Below are positions 34,710-45,059 of a stretch of 64,000 bases of DNA, piece by piece. This DNA comes from a virus, in the UHGV virus genome UHGV-0038492. One strand, given 5' to 3'. Every line of letters starts with the position of its first letter. Position 1 is the stretch's first letter. The notes beneath the pieces are model-generated. The model searched no databases. It was not told where the DNA came from and was given only the letters and a program-made list of their open reading frames with translations. The position numbers and the translations under genes are program-made.

Positions 34710-37379
34710 TTAGAGAGTTTCATCGGTGTTGTCGTCTGTACCGGTATCCGTCTCGTCCGTGCCCTCAGTTGAAACTTCTTCTTCCGTTGTCGTATCGGTT
34801 TCCGTCGTTTCATCATCGGTCATGTCCAAGTCTTCATCACCGCCCAGATCGTCGCCACCAAAGTCGTTGCCCCCGCCGAAGTTATTGGCGTCTTCAGGAT
34901 TCAAATCAGCCGCTTTTGCTATCGTCTGAACTTTACCGGTCGCACGTTTTGCTAACTGAATCAGCGTCTTCGATGCTGCTGCAATTTCATCAGAAATCAT
35001 CTTGACGTTTTCACCACGTTTATCTTCATCGTAGATCAAATCAAACAGATCGGTTTCGATGCCCTGATTACGTAGCCAGTTGCGCGCGTAGAAGGTCTTA
35101 ACCATCGTCTTGAGGTCATCAGGTGACATTTCAATACCTTCGTTCTGAAGCATATTAGCAATGTCGTCCGTGACCACCAGATCTGCAAGTTTCTCGATAA
35201 ATTCATAGCGTTTATCGAAGAGATCAGCTTGAGATGCTGTTGCAGAAGTATCAGGCGGCGGCAAGGTGACCTTCATACCGTTTATAAACTTCGCCATATA
35301 CTCTGACGTTTGTTTTGTCATCTCTTCGCTAGTTACATTCGGATTCTGCTCACGGATATACTCAACGATAATACGGATGAGTTCTGCTTGCAGTTTCGGT
35401 GAAGCTTGCAGACTGTTTGTAACGTAGCGCGTAAGCGGGGTTGAGAGGATTTCCTGTTTCTTCACAATCTGTTGAGTAACCAACAGCGATTTAGAATAAA
35501 TCTGAGAAGCAAACTCCAGGTTCTCCGGGGTAAGTACAAGGTCAGGATCAACACACGCGATGTGACATGTACGGCGTAACAGGTTCTCGTCAATTTGTTG
35601 ATCAGGAACTTTATACTCCGGCGTGGTATCAGACACAGATACTTTGTGGCTGGCGTAGTAATCGTTACCCGTTACGTTAAAGGCAATCCCCGCGTTAGCC
35701 CCCATTGACCAGGCGTCGTTGATATCACCCCACATCGGCAGGCGACGATTGTAGGAATTAAGGATATCTGATTTAACTTGGTCAACAGTTTTTTGACCGT
35801 TTGCATCATCTGGTGACAGCTCAATGTCGTACTGCATGTGACGTGCCGAGTTCAGTACAGATGAGTTCATCGTTGCGAACAGCAGCGCCATCCTGACAGT
35901 AGAGATAATAAAGGAGCGCTCAGTAATAGAAACCCCGATACCGTCTTCGTTAAAGTCCGTTGCAAAATAGCACAAGTTATTAACCGGAATGTAAACCACC
36001 TGAGTATGACGTTTTGCGAGATGCCGCGCTAACAGAATACGACCGAATGTTTCGGTAATATTCATGCTGATTTCTGCGCCACCTAGTGCCTGACTTAATG
36101 CGCGTGCAAATTCGTTTTCAGCGATTTCACCACAACGTGTACTTAAACGGTTGGCGATTTCCGGGGTAATACGAGAAGTGTTCCCTAAGCCCAGATTAGA
36201 ACGGTTAATGATGCTGTCCGTCATCCCGTCGTTATTCAGGTAGTTCATAAAGTTCGCATCGCCGTACAGCGAGGAGCGAGCATTGATGAAGTTACCCATG
36301 TCATCTACGATGGTCAGATAACCGATAGGGTTACGAACGTCATCGCCAATTACCAGTGGCAGCGTTGACTCTGCGGGCAGTAAACGTTCGATGTATTCGA
36401 TTTTGTTATTCTCATCCATTGAGATAATAGGAATATCACCGTACGTTTGTGTTTTCGGTGTTGACTTATACGCCTCGTTTAAATCACCCAAGTTAATGAA
36501 CCCTTTTTCAGCAGCGTCACGCTGACGGTCATCGAAAGATTGATTAGGGTCGAACGGACTGCCACCGTTTGGTGTAGACGGCTTTTCATATGCGGCTTGC
36601 TCTAATTGCCCGTACAATCCCGTACGTGCGTTCTCATGCGCAATACGACGATACAAATCCGGCAGCATGGTAATGCGCGGGTTATCGGTAATCGTGATTT
36701 CCATCTGGAATTTATCCGAGAACATCGAATCGTGCTTACCGAAATCGATTTTCAATGTTTGTGGACCAGTAACGGCTCCGCGTAAACGGTTGAGAATTGA
36801 TTCTACACCAACTCGCTGCCCTTCTTTCGGCGCATTAATAGGCCCGAGGATACCAAGCTGTTGTTCGAAGAACGCCGTTTGAGAACGACGAATAGATTCA
36901 GTAGCGACCTTTGTATTCAGACCGAATAATTGGTCGAAGCCGGTATCCGAGATTATCATCACTGGACTTGCGCCTTTGGTTTTTAACGCATCGTAAATCC
37001 ACTGATATAATTTCTTAGGTAGCTGACGAATGTTATCGTGATAATCACGGGTCGGTGTCAGTAGCGCGTTACGCAGATCAATGGGGATGTCCGCGAAGTT
37101 GTCGTAAATCAACGTCGTGTTGATTAAGTCTTTTGTTGATAGCAGGCTCGAAGTTGCAATAGTAACGATTGTTTCGAGTTCAGGTAACGCATCAAAGATA
37201 CGTTCCGCATTTTTGATAGTACGAATACGTGAACTCGCAATTGCCGTGAGTTCTTGACGTGTTGGCGTAGAACCACCCTCGCTACGCGTACCGCGTTGTT
37301 GCTGAGGTGCTGGGCCCGTAGTTTTACGAAGAATTGCAGCTACGGCGGGGTCGCCCGTTAATTTACTAATATCGTCCAT
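34710..37379 (-). CDS. large virion protein, candidate portal protein (889 aa) with acidic C-terminal tail
   Basis: Long minus-strand ORF ~100 kDa with D/E/T-rich C-terminus; lies six genes from the capsid gene, as I recall for phiKZ-like phages; functional call is inference only. Confidence 0.4.
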   Translation of the reverse strand: MDDISKLTGDPAVAAILRKTTGPAPQQQRGTRSEGGSTPTRQELTAIASSRIRTIKNAERIFDALPELETIVTIATSSLLSTKDLINTTLIYDNFADIPIDLRNALLTPTRDYHDNIRQLPKKLYQWIYDALKTKGASPVMIISDTGFDQLFGLNTKVATESIRRSQTAFFEQQLGILGPINAPKEGQRVGVESILNRLRGAVTGPQTLKIDFGKHDSMFSDKFQMEITITDNPRITMLPDLYRRIAHENARTGLYGQLEQAAYEKPSTPNGGSPFDPNQSFDDRQRDAAEKGFINLGDLNEAYKSTPKTQTYGDIPIISMDENNKIEYIERLLPAESTLPLVIGDDVRNPIGYLTIVDDMGNFINARSSLYGDANFMNYLNNDGMTDSIINRSNLGLGNTSRITPEIANRLSTRCGEIAENEFARALSQALGGAEISMNITETFGRILLARHLAKRHTQVVYIPVNNLCYFATDFNEDGIGVSITERSFIISTVRMALLFATMNSSVLNSARHMQYDIELSPDDANGQKTVDQVKSDILNSYNRRLPMWGDINDAWSMGANAGIAFNVTGNDYYASHKVSVSDTTPEYKVPDQQIDENLLRRTCHIACVDPDLVLTPENLEFASQIYSKSLLVTQQIVKKQEILSTPLTRYVTNSLQASPKLQAELIRIIVEYIREQNPNVTSEEMTKQTSEYMAKFINGMKVTLPPPDTSATASQADLFDKRYEFIEKLADLVVTDDIANMLQNEGIEMSPDDLKTMVKTFYARNWLRNQGIETDLFDLIYDEDKRGENVKMISDEIAAASKTLIQLAKRATGKVQTIAKAADLNPEDANNFGGGNDFGGDDLGGDEDLDMTDDETTETDTTTEEEVSTEGTDETDTGTDDNTDETL

Positions 37380-39574
37380 TGGGGTCTCCGATGCAGAGAT
37401 TTAACATATTTCGTGAACAGAACATCGCGTTGGCGAAATCACTGATTATTAAATCAGAATCAATCGCACAACAGATGAATCTGGCAATAACCGAGAACGG
37501 CGGTTTCGTTTCCGATAACCGAAGTACGTGGCGATACTACCTGCATTTAGCAGGACAACGTCACGAATGGGATAAGCCCATTTACATAACGTCGCTCGAC
37601 ACGCAAGAGCAGATAGAATTAACGACAGCCAACCTGTCCCGTCATAAAAAGACCTCAAACGTATTTCGTTCGAACGGCGAGTACATTGAGGAGCTGATCA
37701 GAACGTATCCTGACTACGCGATTTATATCCGGGGTGTGTTTAATCCGGTGGATATAAACTACGCCATCCGTGTGGCTGACTGCTCTATCCTCTATTACGA
37801 CAGTTCATTAGTGGAGTCGCAAGAGACGTCGCTGATGTCGAGATTGGAAGACAGAATAAGGGCAGCTCACGTTCGCTATATGTCAGAAGGGTGGAAAGTT
37901 CACAACGATGCGTTCGTGTTAGCATTCTACTGTATTCTGTATCCGCAGCTACCCGGCATTATCGGCTATATCCGTTCTTCTTTACAGCATACCACGGAAA
38001 CACATTCTTTTTACGTGACCGAGTTCTTAGCATCACACCAAGAACTTCACGAGTTTATGCCTTATCTGACCCAGAAACAGAAATTCATTCTGTATCGGAA
38101 TATTCGTTACTGGGAGCGTAATTCAGGGAAAGAGGAGATTTTCGACTGGCAGATTGATGCGCTACTGACAGGTTGGGGGATGCCTGCGGTCGGGTATAAT
38201 GTTGCGCAGCAGATACACGAACCGAAGGATGATGACGATTCCACGTTAACACCGTTACCGATTGGTTATCAGCAATCGCTTAACTATACGGAAAAGGATT
38301 CTGGTCGAGACCTTGACATTGTAACGACGACGGACATTATCCAGAAGGAAGTCGCGTTAGCGTACAATAACCCGGCGTACGAACCGGAGTATCAAGAAGA
38401 CTTAGATACCCGTTTAAGTTTAACGCAATACCCTAACCTAAAAACCAAACTCATTGAAGTTACAGCAGTCGATCCAGAAGCGATTGAGCGCTTCGAGTAT
38501 CTGCATAACCTCTTTAACGAATGGGTACATCTCGTCGCGAAAGGGAAATACAACATTTACCACGAGATTCTTAACCCAACAAACGGGGATACCTTAAAGC
38601 TTAGCTCAAAAGAGTTATTGGCGCTGTTCTTGTACGCGGCGTATAAAGGGTATTCTGACGTTGCGTTAGAAGAGATTCCTGTGTTCAACGTATTCGGGGT
38701 GTTAATCAAACGCTGGGTTCCATTCGATGAAATGGAACAACATTTAATCCCGAGCTGGGAAAACCGTTTCGATGCGTTGATTAACTATTATACCGATACG
38801 CACACAGAAGTCGTCGGAACGATTCTTAGTGCTGATGAACTTTACGACACGGTTAATGAAATCATTACCCAGAAACGCCGTCGTTGGCGTTATAGCCAAA
38901 ACCGTCGGAAGATTCCTGACCGCGCTGCGGGCTTGATGCTGTTTAACTACCATTATCGTGATTATCGTTGCGATTTAAAACTGAACTACCGTAACTACGA
39001 TGAGTTCTTTAAAACGTTTGGGTTAGACTATACGTTGGTTTCGGCGGAGACGTGGCAAGACATTGCTATTGATGCGTTTAACACCGCAACTAACCTGGAA
39101 ACCCGCGCAACGATTTCACAGTCTGAGATTCAGCGTGCGATGGTACGACTGATGACGAAGCTGTCATCCTACACCGTACATTTTGCTGCACGAATGGGGT
39201 CAGATTCTTACGACGTTATGGACCCGCTCTGTCCTATCTTAGGGGATATCCCTATGAGTGGGGAGGGGACAATTACAATTATTGAACCCCTCTTAGGCGT
39301 ACAGCAAGTTACGCGTCACCAGTATATGTCCACCGACACTGTGTTACCGGCAGCGCCTGTTATTAAAGAACTGTCGATGCCACAGCACATCAAACTCAGG
39401 ATGAACATTTACATGGGTATCCGAGTGAAAGTAACACAGCAGGTTGTGGTGGATATTAACGAGCCGACTACCGGGGTTGTTAAAGTGAAATCTTCGCTTG
39501 ACGATTGGACGTTAAACGAACAGGTGAAAATTAACGATCTGGACGGCTTCACGCTTGACCAGCTACCTAAGTGA
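37379..39574 (+). CDS. hypothetical protein (731 aa)
   Basis: Long ORF diverging from the portal-candidate gene; start codons of the two genes abut. Confidence 0.65.
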   Translation: MGSPMQRFNIFREQNIALAKSLIIKSESIAQQMNLAITENGGFVSDNRSTWRYYLHLAGQRHEWDKPIYITSLDTQEQIELTTANLSRHKKTSNVFRSNGEYIEELIRTYPDYAIYIRGVFNPVDINYAIRVADCSILYYDSSLVESQETSLMSRLEDRIRAAHVRYMSEGWKVHNDAFVLAFYCILYPQLPGIIGYIRSSLQHTTETHSFYVTEFLASHQELHEFMPYLTQKQKFILYRNIRYWERNSGKEEIFDWQIDALLTGWGMPAVGYNVAQQIHEPKDDDDSTLTPLPIGYQQSLNYTEKDSGRDLDIVTTTDIIQKEVALAYNNPAYEPEYQEDLDTRLSLTQYPNLKTKLIEVTAVDPEAIERFEYLHNLFNEWVHLVAKGKYNIYHEILNPTNGDTLKLSSKELLALFLYAAYKGYSDVALEEIPVFNVFGVLIKRWVPFDEMEQHLIPSWENRFDALINYYTDTHTEVVGTILSADELYDTVNEIITQKRRRWRYSQNRRKIPDRAAGLMLFNYHYRDYRCDLKLNYRNYDEFFKTFGLDYTLVSAETWQDIAIDAFNTATNLETRATISQSEIQRAMVRLMTKLSSYTVHFAARMGSDSYDVMDPLCPILGDIPMSGEGTITIIEPLLGVQQVTRHQYMSTDTVLPAAPVIKELSMPQHIKLRMNIYMGIRVKVTQQVVVDINEPTTGVVKVKSSLDDWTLNEQVKINDLDGFTLDQLPK

Positions 39575-39581
39575 GAAAACC

Positions 39582-40109
39582 ATGGCATATCGCGTCGACT
39601 TAACGAAAACTCCGAAACAAATTCTGGTAGATCGTATTAACTACGTTTTCGGGGTATCCTATACCACTGATAACATCGATTTTAACGATAAAGGTGTGCA
39701 ACCACTGACGAAAGACGAAGCCCGTCGTTACGGACTGGAATCGAAAGTGGCCGCTGACTTTAAAAACGGTGTTACAGGGAACCAGGAATTCATCTTAACC
39801 CGTGTTGACCTGGCAACGTTCTTAGCTGACGAACCGGTTACGGTACCGAAAGGCGAAGTAACCAGCAGCCAAGAACTGGCAGACTATATCGTTGCCCAGA
39901 CCGGTATTGATTTGACCCAAGACGACATTATGATCGAGCCTATCAGTGAGGAACTCGATTCTTATGATGTTCGCTTAGTCCCGAATCACTTATCTTTTAA
40001 AGGAACGATTCCGGTCGTATTTACTGACCCCACACCACGCACGTTGGCGTCTCTCGTGACGAAACTTGCGCTGGACGGGTTCCGCCCTGGAGAATTAATC
40101 AATGTCTAA
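39582..40109 (+). CDS. hypothetical protein (175 aa)
   Basis: ATG 39582 after stop of upstream gene (track start 39555 is TTG and overlaps). Confidence 0.55.
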   Translation: MAYRVDLTKTPKQILVDRINYVFGVSYTTDNIDFNDKGVQPLTKDEARRYGLESKVAADFKNGVTGNQEFILTRVDLATFLADEPVTVPKGEVTSSQELADYIVAQTGIDLTQDDIMIEPISEELDSYDVRLVPNHLSFKGTIPVVFTDPTPRTLASLVTKLALDGFRPGELINV

Positions 40110-40989
40110 TGTCAAAGTTTACGACGGTAAACTCTCGACGGTAACACTTAATGCGATGCGTCTGGCTACCGCATTAATTACCGGTGCCGATGTGCAATAC
40201 CCACAGAAGTCCACACTGAATGAGTTTTATAAACTCATGCAAACCCCAGTGCCGGACGGTAAAGCACGTCCCCATTTGCAGTACATGGCGATTGGTAACC
40301 GTGGCCATATGGTCGACACATCAGACGTTGTTGCTGATGTTGTTCCTGTAGCTAAAGAACCTATCGCGTCCGGGATGTTTTCACGCGTTCCGTTTGTCCT
40401 GCGTACTAAAGACAACGATTTGTCTGATGAACAGCGTAAGAACTACGCTTTCCGTACTCTGGAAACCATCAACAAACGTGAGTATTGGGCGTACTACTTA
40501 AAACGCATTGACATGCGTGCAGTAAAAACTACCGACTACGACATTAAGCGTGAGAACGGTGTTGAAACTGTAGAAGACTTTGTCTATACGGATACTGAAC
40601 TGAACCCGGTACCGAAAGTGTTGCCGGACTACGATTACGATGATGACGGTACCGTTGCAATTCCTGACGGCCGTTATGTGGAATCAGGTGCAGACCTGGT
40701 TATTCCGTGGACGGACTTTGACGTTCAGGAGTACATGAACGTGACCAGCATTATGCGCGGTAGCCCTCGTAGTTCGATTATCTCTGAACTGGCACTGTGC
40801 TCTGGCTTAGACCAGGTAACGTCCGGTGACTCTGCTACAGGTTCGAAGTTCAGCTACACTGAAGCTATCGGTGTACAAGCCCTGTATTACATTTCGATGT
40901 TTACTAACCTGGCGCAGACGAACGATAAACTGTCACTGACAATCCGTATCGGTCAACCTGCACCGTTCTTCTTAGGGACAGCGAATTAA
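40102..40989 (+). CDS. hypothetical protein (295 aa)
   Basis: ORF overlapping the upstream gene by 8 nt. Confidence 0.6.
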   Translation: MSNVKVYDGKLSTVTLNAMRLATALITGADVQYPQKSTLNEFYKLMQTPVPDGKARPHLQYMAIGNRGHMVDTSDVVADVVPVAKEPIASGMFSRVPFVLRTKDNDLSDEQRKNYAFRTLETINKREYWAYYLKRIDMRAVKTTDYDIKRENGVETVEDFVYTDTELNPVPKVLPDYDYDDDGTVAIPDGRYVESGADLVIPWTDFDVQEYMNVTSIMRGSPRSSIISELALCSGLDQVTSGDSATGSKFSYTEAIGVQALYYISMFTNLAQTNDKLSLTIRIGQPAPFFLGTAN

Positions 40990-41633
40990 TGTTGATTCCT
41001 GAGCCGAGACTTCCCGATAAAATGGTCAGGATCGCGGCGATAGACCCCGGTACGAGCCATCTCGGGATGGCGGTGCTGGATTGGGAATATGGCAGCGACC
41101 AAGCCGAAGTGGTGTGGGCTGATACCATGCACGTATTAGACCCAACACATCCAAGTGCGTTTGCAGAGTGTGTCGGTAAACGCGACGATCGCTTAGTAAA
41201 ACTCGAAGCGTGCTACCGTGAGTTTCTTCGGATTGCGCGTCCGACGTTTGTTGCAACAGAAACGCCGTTTATGCGGCGGGCAAAACTCTCCGCGTATGAG
41301 TCTGGTGTAGAGTTACAGCTGATGTTAAGACGGGCGTTATGGGACGTGTTTCCAGAGAAAGTGTTACACGGGTTCAATCCGATTATTGTAAAATCATTCG
41401 TCGGTGTGGAAGCGAAAGGAACGGACAAAACAGATATGTTTCGTGCCGTAACGAAGTTGTATCGCGACCACGCGTTGTTTGACATTACAACGTTGGATGA
41501 GCACAGTATCGATGCCGTGGCGGTGGGGAATATCTTTGTCAGGGTAAACCTGTTAAACTTGAATAGTCTCCTACCGCCAAAACAAAAGTCTGCTAAGACA
41601 GCAAAACGGCGGAGAAGACGTCGGAGGAAATAG
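40989..41633 (+). CDS. RuvC-like Holliday junction resolvase with poly-Arg C-terminal tail
   Basis: IAAIDPGTSHLGMAVLD (first catalytic Asp), VATETPF (Glu), HSIDAVAVGN (Asp cluster) in RuvC order; C-terminus KRRRRRRRK; start may instead be ATG 41022. Confidence 0.65.
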   Translation: MLIPEPRLPDKMVRIAAIDPGTSHLGMAVLDWEYGSDQAEVVWADTMHVLDPTHPSAFAECVGKRDDRLVKLEACYREFLRIARPTFVATETPFMRRAKLSAYESGVELQLMLRRALWDVFPEKVLHGFNPIIVKSFVGVEAKGTDKTDMFRAVTKLYRDHALFDITTLDEHSIDAVAVGNIFVRVNLLNLNSLLPPKQKSAKTAKRRRRRRRK

Positions 41634-41635
41634 CG

Positions 41636-42214
41636 ATGTCGCAACCAACACAAGACGTGTCAGCCGCAATTCTTGACATTCTTATCCAAGCAGGGAACAG
41701 AAAGTTAAGTAAAGAGCAGTCCGAAGAACTGTCTAAGATTCTCAAAGACAACTTCGGTGATGATGTCTCTGTAGACGTAACGCGGTCGGGTACAAAGATT
41801 CTGTCGGAGCTACGCCCAACGCTTCTTGAGAACATTGGAAAGATGGCGGAAAACTTTCAGCAGCAAGCCACAAATGCTGTAGAGAGTTTAGGTGACGAAG
41901 TAAGCAAAGAAACGATGTTGACACTGTGGCCGAAACTTGCCGGTGCACAGAAGTTCATTATTGTTCTGCTTGCACTCGCCACTGTGGTCGTGACAGGCTT
42001 CTTAGCGTACGACACGCATCAGAACTATCCAACAGACAGTATGGAAGTGTTGTTTGTATCCTTACTTCCGCTGTTCGGACTGGTAGTATTTGCAACGTGG
42101 CCGATTAAAACGTTGGCTTACAAGTCGTTGGAGATTGCTACCAAAGTTGTCGAGAAGAAACTTGAGAAATCAGGTCAGGTCGTCGCGAAGACGGAAACAA
42201 AGACAACGAAATAA
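41636..42214 (+). CDS. membrane protein (192 aa), two predicted transmembrane helices
   Basis: RBS ggagg; hydrophobic segments FIIVLLALATVVVTGFLAY and VLFVSLLPLFGLVVFATW. Confidence 0.55.
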   Translation: MSQPTQDVSAAILDILIQAGNRKLSKEQSEELSKILKDNFGDDVSVDVTRSGTKILSELRPTLLENIGKMAENFQQQATNAVESLGDEVSKETMLTLWPKLAGAQKFIIVLLALATVVVTGFLAYDTHQNYPTDSMEVLFVSLLPLFGLVVFATWPIKTLAYKSLEIATKVVEKKLEKSGQVVAKTETKTTK

Positions 42215-42216
42215 AA

Positions 42217-42258
42217 CCAACCTCTACCTTCGGGTAGAGGTTTTCTTCTTTTTATTTT
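42217..42258 (+). terminator. Rho-independent terminator
   Basis: Stem cctctacc / ggtagagg with loop ttcg, then ttttcttctttttatttt. Confidence 0.8.
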
Positions 42259-42302
42259 ACAATTTTTGATCATACTGTGAGACTTGAACAAGGAGACTTA
42301 TC

Positions 42303-42956
42303 ATGGAACCACTACGTTTAATGACCAGAACGCTACTGATTCCTATCTGGGAATTGAAGCTTGCCCCATTGTCTGCCTCTAATGGGGAGGTCATTGATTT
42401 TATTAAAGACGAAGAATTTGTGTTGACGGCTTTCCAGGAGACGCTGCATCGTTATTATAATGCAGTGCCTTTATCTGGCGGATTAGATTGCCCTGGTGTA
42501 GAAGGGAGTACGTCTGCGTTAATCGCAGAGTATTTAGAACAGAAAGGAATCGGGGTTGGGAAAGGCCGGGTTTATGTGGACGCCGATAAACTGAGGAGTT
42601 ACCAGATTGAGCTGACGTTTCAGATAAGAAAATTACTTACCCGCTACGGTCTTTTCTCGATTAACTGTAAGGTTGATGACGTACGGATGTTAGACCACGG
42701 TTTTACCACTGTCCTCAAAACCTGTCGCGGTAAAAGATTCGTACAGTTTGCGTGGTGGGTACCAGTATTGCGTGGTGAGAGAAAAACGGTGGAGGGGTTG
42801 TACGGCTGGGCGCTATGGAGCGAAGTTCCAGTAAATAAACTCGATGCAGTTATTCCAAAGCACCGAAACGTTCCGCTTAGCAGTTTATTTACTTCCGGCG
42901 AGAACACTACGTGGGCTGAATTCGTTAATAACGTTATGTCAATTGGGGAACAATAA
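42303..42956 (+). CDS. hypothetical protein (217 aa)
   Basis: RBS aaggagac before ATG 42303. Confidence 0.6.
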   Translation: MEPLRLMTRTLLIPIWELKLAPLSASNGEVIDFIKDEEFVLTAFQETLHRYYNAVPLSGGLDCPGVEGSTSALIAEYLEQKGIGVGKGRVYVDADKLRSYQIELTFQIRKLLTRYGLFSINCKVDDVRMLDHGFTTVLKTCRGKRFVQFAWWVPVLRGERKTVEGLYGWALWSEVPVNKLDAVIPKHRNVPLSSLFTSGENTTWAEFVNNVMSIGEQ

Positions 42957-43432
42957 TGCAGCAATTAGATATTACCGAAGACAAAATCTCCGCTAAATTT
43001 CCACAATTACGTGAATACATCAAAGACTTAAATTCGATACGCGAAACACCGGTCCGCATTACCTTAGCGGTAGAAGATGACATTACACACGGTATTGCGA
43101 TTTGGGAACCGGGCAATCTTATCTATTTGGTGGTGGCGGAAGGTTCTCGACGTTTCGGTGTGGGTTCGTTCTTATTGCAGTACGTTCAGTTGAATTCCGA
43201 TCGTCAAATGGTGACGTGTCGTGTCCACCCTTCGAACATTGACGGCCTGTGTTTCTTTTCGAAAAAAGGCTACCAGATTGACCGTTGGTATATCGCCAGC
43301 GACTCTCGTCGGTATTTTCGTATGACGAACGGTAACGTTGTTTCGTCATACGCCCCGCCGGAAGAAGGATATTTGGTGGATTTTATCGAAAACACGCCCA
43401 TCTTTCTCTCTGTTGCGGATAAAATTTATTAA
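42956..43432 (+). CDS. GNAT-family N-acetyltransferase (158 aa)
   Basis: Acetyl-CoA-binding-like motif VVAEGSRRFGVGSFLLQYV, then a GNAT-like C-terminal region; coupled start (TAATG). Confidence 0.6.
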   Translation: MQQLDITEDKISAKFPQLREYIKDLNSIRETPVRITLAVEDDITHGIAIWEPGNLIYLVVAEGSRRFGVGSFLLQYVQLNSDRQMVTCRVHPSNIDGLCFFSKKGYQIDRWYIASDSRRYFRMTNGNVVSSYAPPEEGYLVDFIENTPIFLSVADKIY

Positions 43433-43448
43433 CCGTTGAGAGTCTAAA

Positions 43449-43925
43449 ATGATACGTGTCGAATATGAGACGCGGTGCTTAGAAGACAATCGAGCAAAAG
43501 CATTACGTTGTGTTGAAATCGTCCCCGAGCACGAACTGGATATCCAAGCTGGTAAGGTTCGGGGCGTTCCGGTTAAGATCGTACAACATAGCCATTGTTC
43601 GCAATATAAAGAGAAAGCTGTCCCAGTAGTACGTTCCAGTAAACGAGAAGACTTTTCAGAACTCCGTAAGTGTTTTCAACGACACTACCGTCGGAGTAAA
43701 TGGAAAGTGTTGGTATTAATGTTAGTCGACGATTTCATTAAAGACCTGGTTTGGGAAGAAGTGCTTAAAGAGCGTGGTTTTCAACCCAAACCGTTCTCGT
43801 ATCACTGGGAACGTTTCAAAAAGAAATACCACGAGTCATTGCGTTGGTCTCCGAACACCCGGAATATGATGCCACGTTTGGAATCAATGCCTTGGCTTCG
43901 TGTTTATCTCGATGAGGTAAACTGA
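43449..43925 (+). CDS. hypothetical protein (158 aa), basic
   Basis: RBS gagag before ATG; stop overlaps next start. Confidence 0.55.
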   Translation: MIRVEYETRCLEDNRAKALRCVEIVPEHELDIQAGKVRGVPVKIVQHSHCSQYKEKAVPVVRSSKREDFSELRKCFQRHYRRSKWKVLVLMLVDDFIKDLVWEEVLKERGFQPKPFSYHWERFKKKYHESLRWSPNTRNMMPRLESMPWLRVYLDEVN

Positions 43926-44314
43926 TGAAACGTTTTATTACTCCATTTCTAATGTTACTTTCGTTTTCTGTATTAGCTGATTTTAAACCTTACGATATCA
44001 GTCGTTACGAACCCGCTGTCCCTGGCGATAAACCGGTTGTGTTTAAAGCAGACGACCAACCCGTCACTGCGGTTCAAAACGATGAGTTTGCAGTGGTGAA
44101 TTACGGCAAAACGGACTTATGTCCTGCGGGTGGATTTTATCTGGTGAACATCAAACGTCGGACTTACCAGTTTGTTGATCCGGGTAGCTGCTCTGCAATG
44201 GTTAAGGTGACGTTAGAAACCGTACCTTACACGAATAAAAACATTAATATACAACGTTTAACCTTTTATGCGGGTGATGAAATCACAGCACGTTATCCGT
44301 TATACGGGTATTAG
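43925..44314 (+). CDS. secreted or periplasmic protein with N-terminal signal peptide (129 aa)
   Basis: N-terminus MKRFITPFLMLLSFSVLADF resembles a Sec signal peptide; RBS gaggtaa. Confidence 0.55.
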   Translation: MKRFITPFLMLLSFSVLADFKPYDISRYEPAVPGDKPVVFKADDQPVTAVQNDEFAVVNYGKTDLCPAGGFYLVNIKRRTYQFVDPGSCSAMVKVTLETVPYTNKNINIQRLTFYAGDEITARYPLYGY

Positions 44315-44337
44315 TGATTAGCCCCCACGGAGTTCGT

Positions 44338-44976
44338 ATGTCTTTTGTAATTGATTTCGACGTTGGCCACAGACAGAACTTACTTAATCTCGTTAGTTAT
44401 TGTAACAGTGACAGTGTACGGAAAAAGCTTTCGGCTGAAAAGGTAGACGTTACGCTCGTCGGTGCCCCAACACCGGAAGGACGCTATAAGGTAAAGTTAA
44501 CGAACCGTAACGACATAAACGATGCGGTACTGATTACCTACACAAAGCTTCAACTGAACGACTTCCTTGAGATTCCTGCCAAGTATCTGGATTGGTTTGA
44601 TTTCGAAAACGGTCAACCTAAGAACTACGATACGTGGGCAGCTTCCGCTAAAGTCGCTGTAGAGAAAATGTGCCAAGACCGAGGTATGGTGATATCTCGC
44701 GCTTGGGACACCGGTTCACAGTGTCACATTGAGTTTGACGAGTCTATCGAACGGTATGTGGTTGTCTACGAGTGCGACTCTTTTATTTATAGTGCGAGAA
44801 ACCGATTCATCTTACCTCTACACTTAGGGCAGGTGATCAACGACACGACATTAGACGGTCTTGATTACAATAACGAACTGAACAAGAAACCATTGGCGGA
44901 TTTGGACGGTGAGTTAGAAGTGTGGATGGGTCAGGCGTTGGTTGAGACAGTCGTCTTAAGCGGCCTGGAAGTATAA
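44338..44976 (+). CDS. hypothetical protein (212 aa)
   Basis: ATG 44338 with RBS ggag 6 nt upstream (track start 44314 is GTG). Confidence 0.55.
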   Translation: MSFVIDFDVGHRQNLLNLVSYCNSDSVRKKLSAEKVDVTLVGAPTPEGRYKVKLTNRNDINDAVLITYTKLQLNDFLEIPAKYLDWFDFENGQPKNYDTWAASAKVAVEKMCQDRGMVISRAWDTGSQCHIEFDESIERYVVVYECDSFIYSARNRFILPLHLGQVINDTTLDGLDYNNELNKKPLADLDGELEVWMGQALVETVVLSGLEV

Positions 44977-44985
44977 TAGTAACGG

Positions 44986-45030
44986 CGGGTAGAGAGAGCT
45001 TTCGGGCTCTCTCTACTTTTCTTTTTTTTC
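44986..45030 (+). terminator. Rho-independent terminator
   Basis: Stem gtagagagagc / gctctctctac with loop tttcg, then ttttcttttttttc. Confidence 0.8.
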
Positions 45031-45059
45031 CATTATCGACGGTCTTTATGGAGGTGACC

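Noticed and set aside
34703-35005. 100 aa + strand ORF overlapping the 3' end of the portal-candidate gene
   Set aside because: Antisense to a long, well-supported minus-strand gene; Pro/Ser/Arg-rich low-complexity translation; no RBS.
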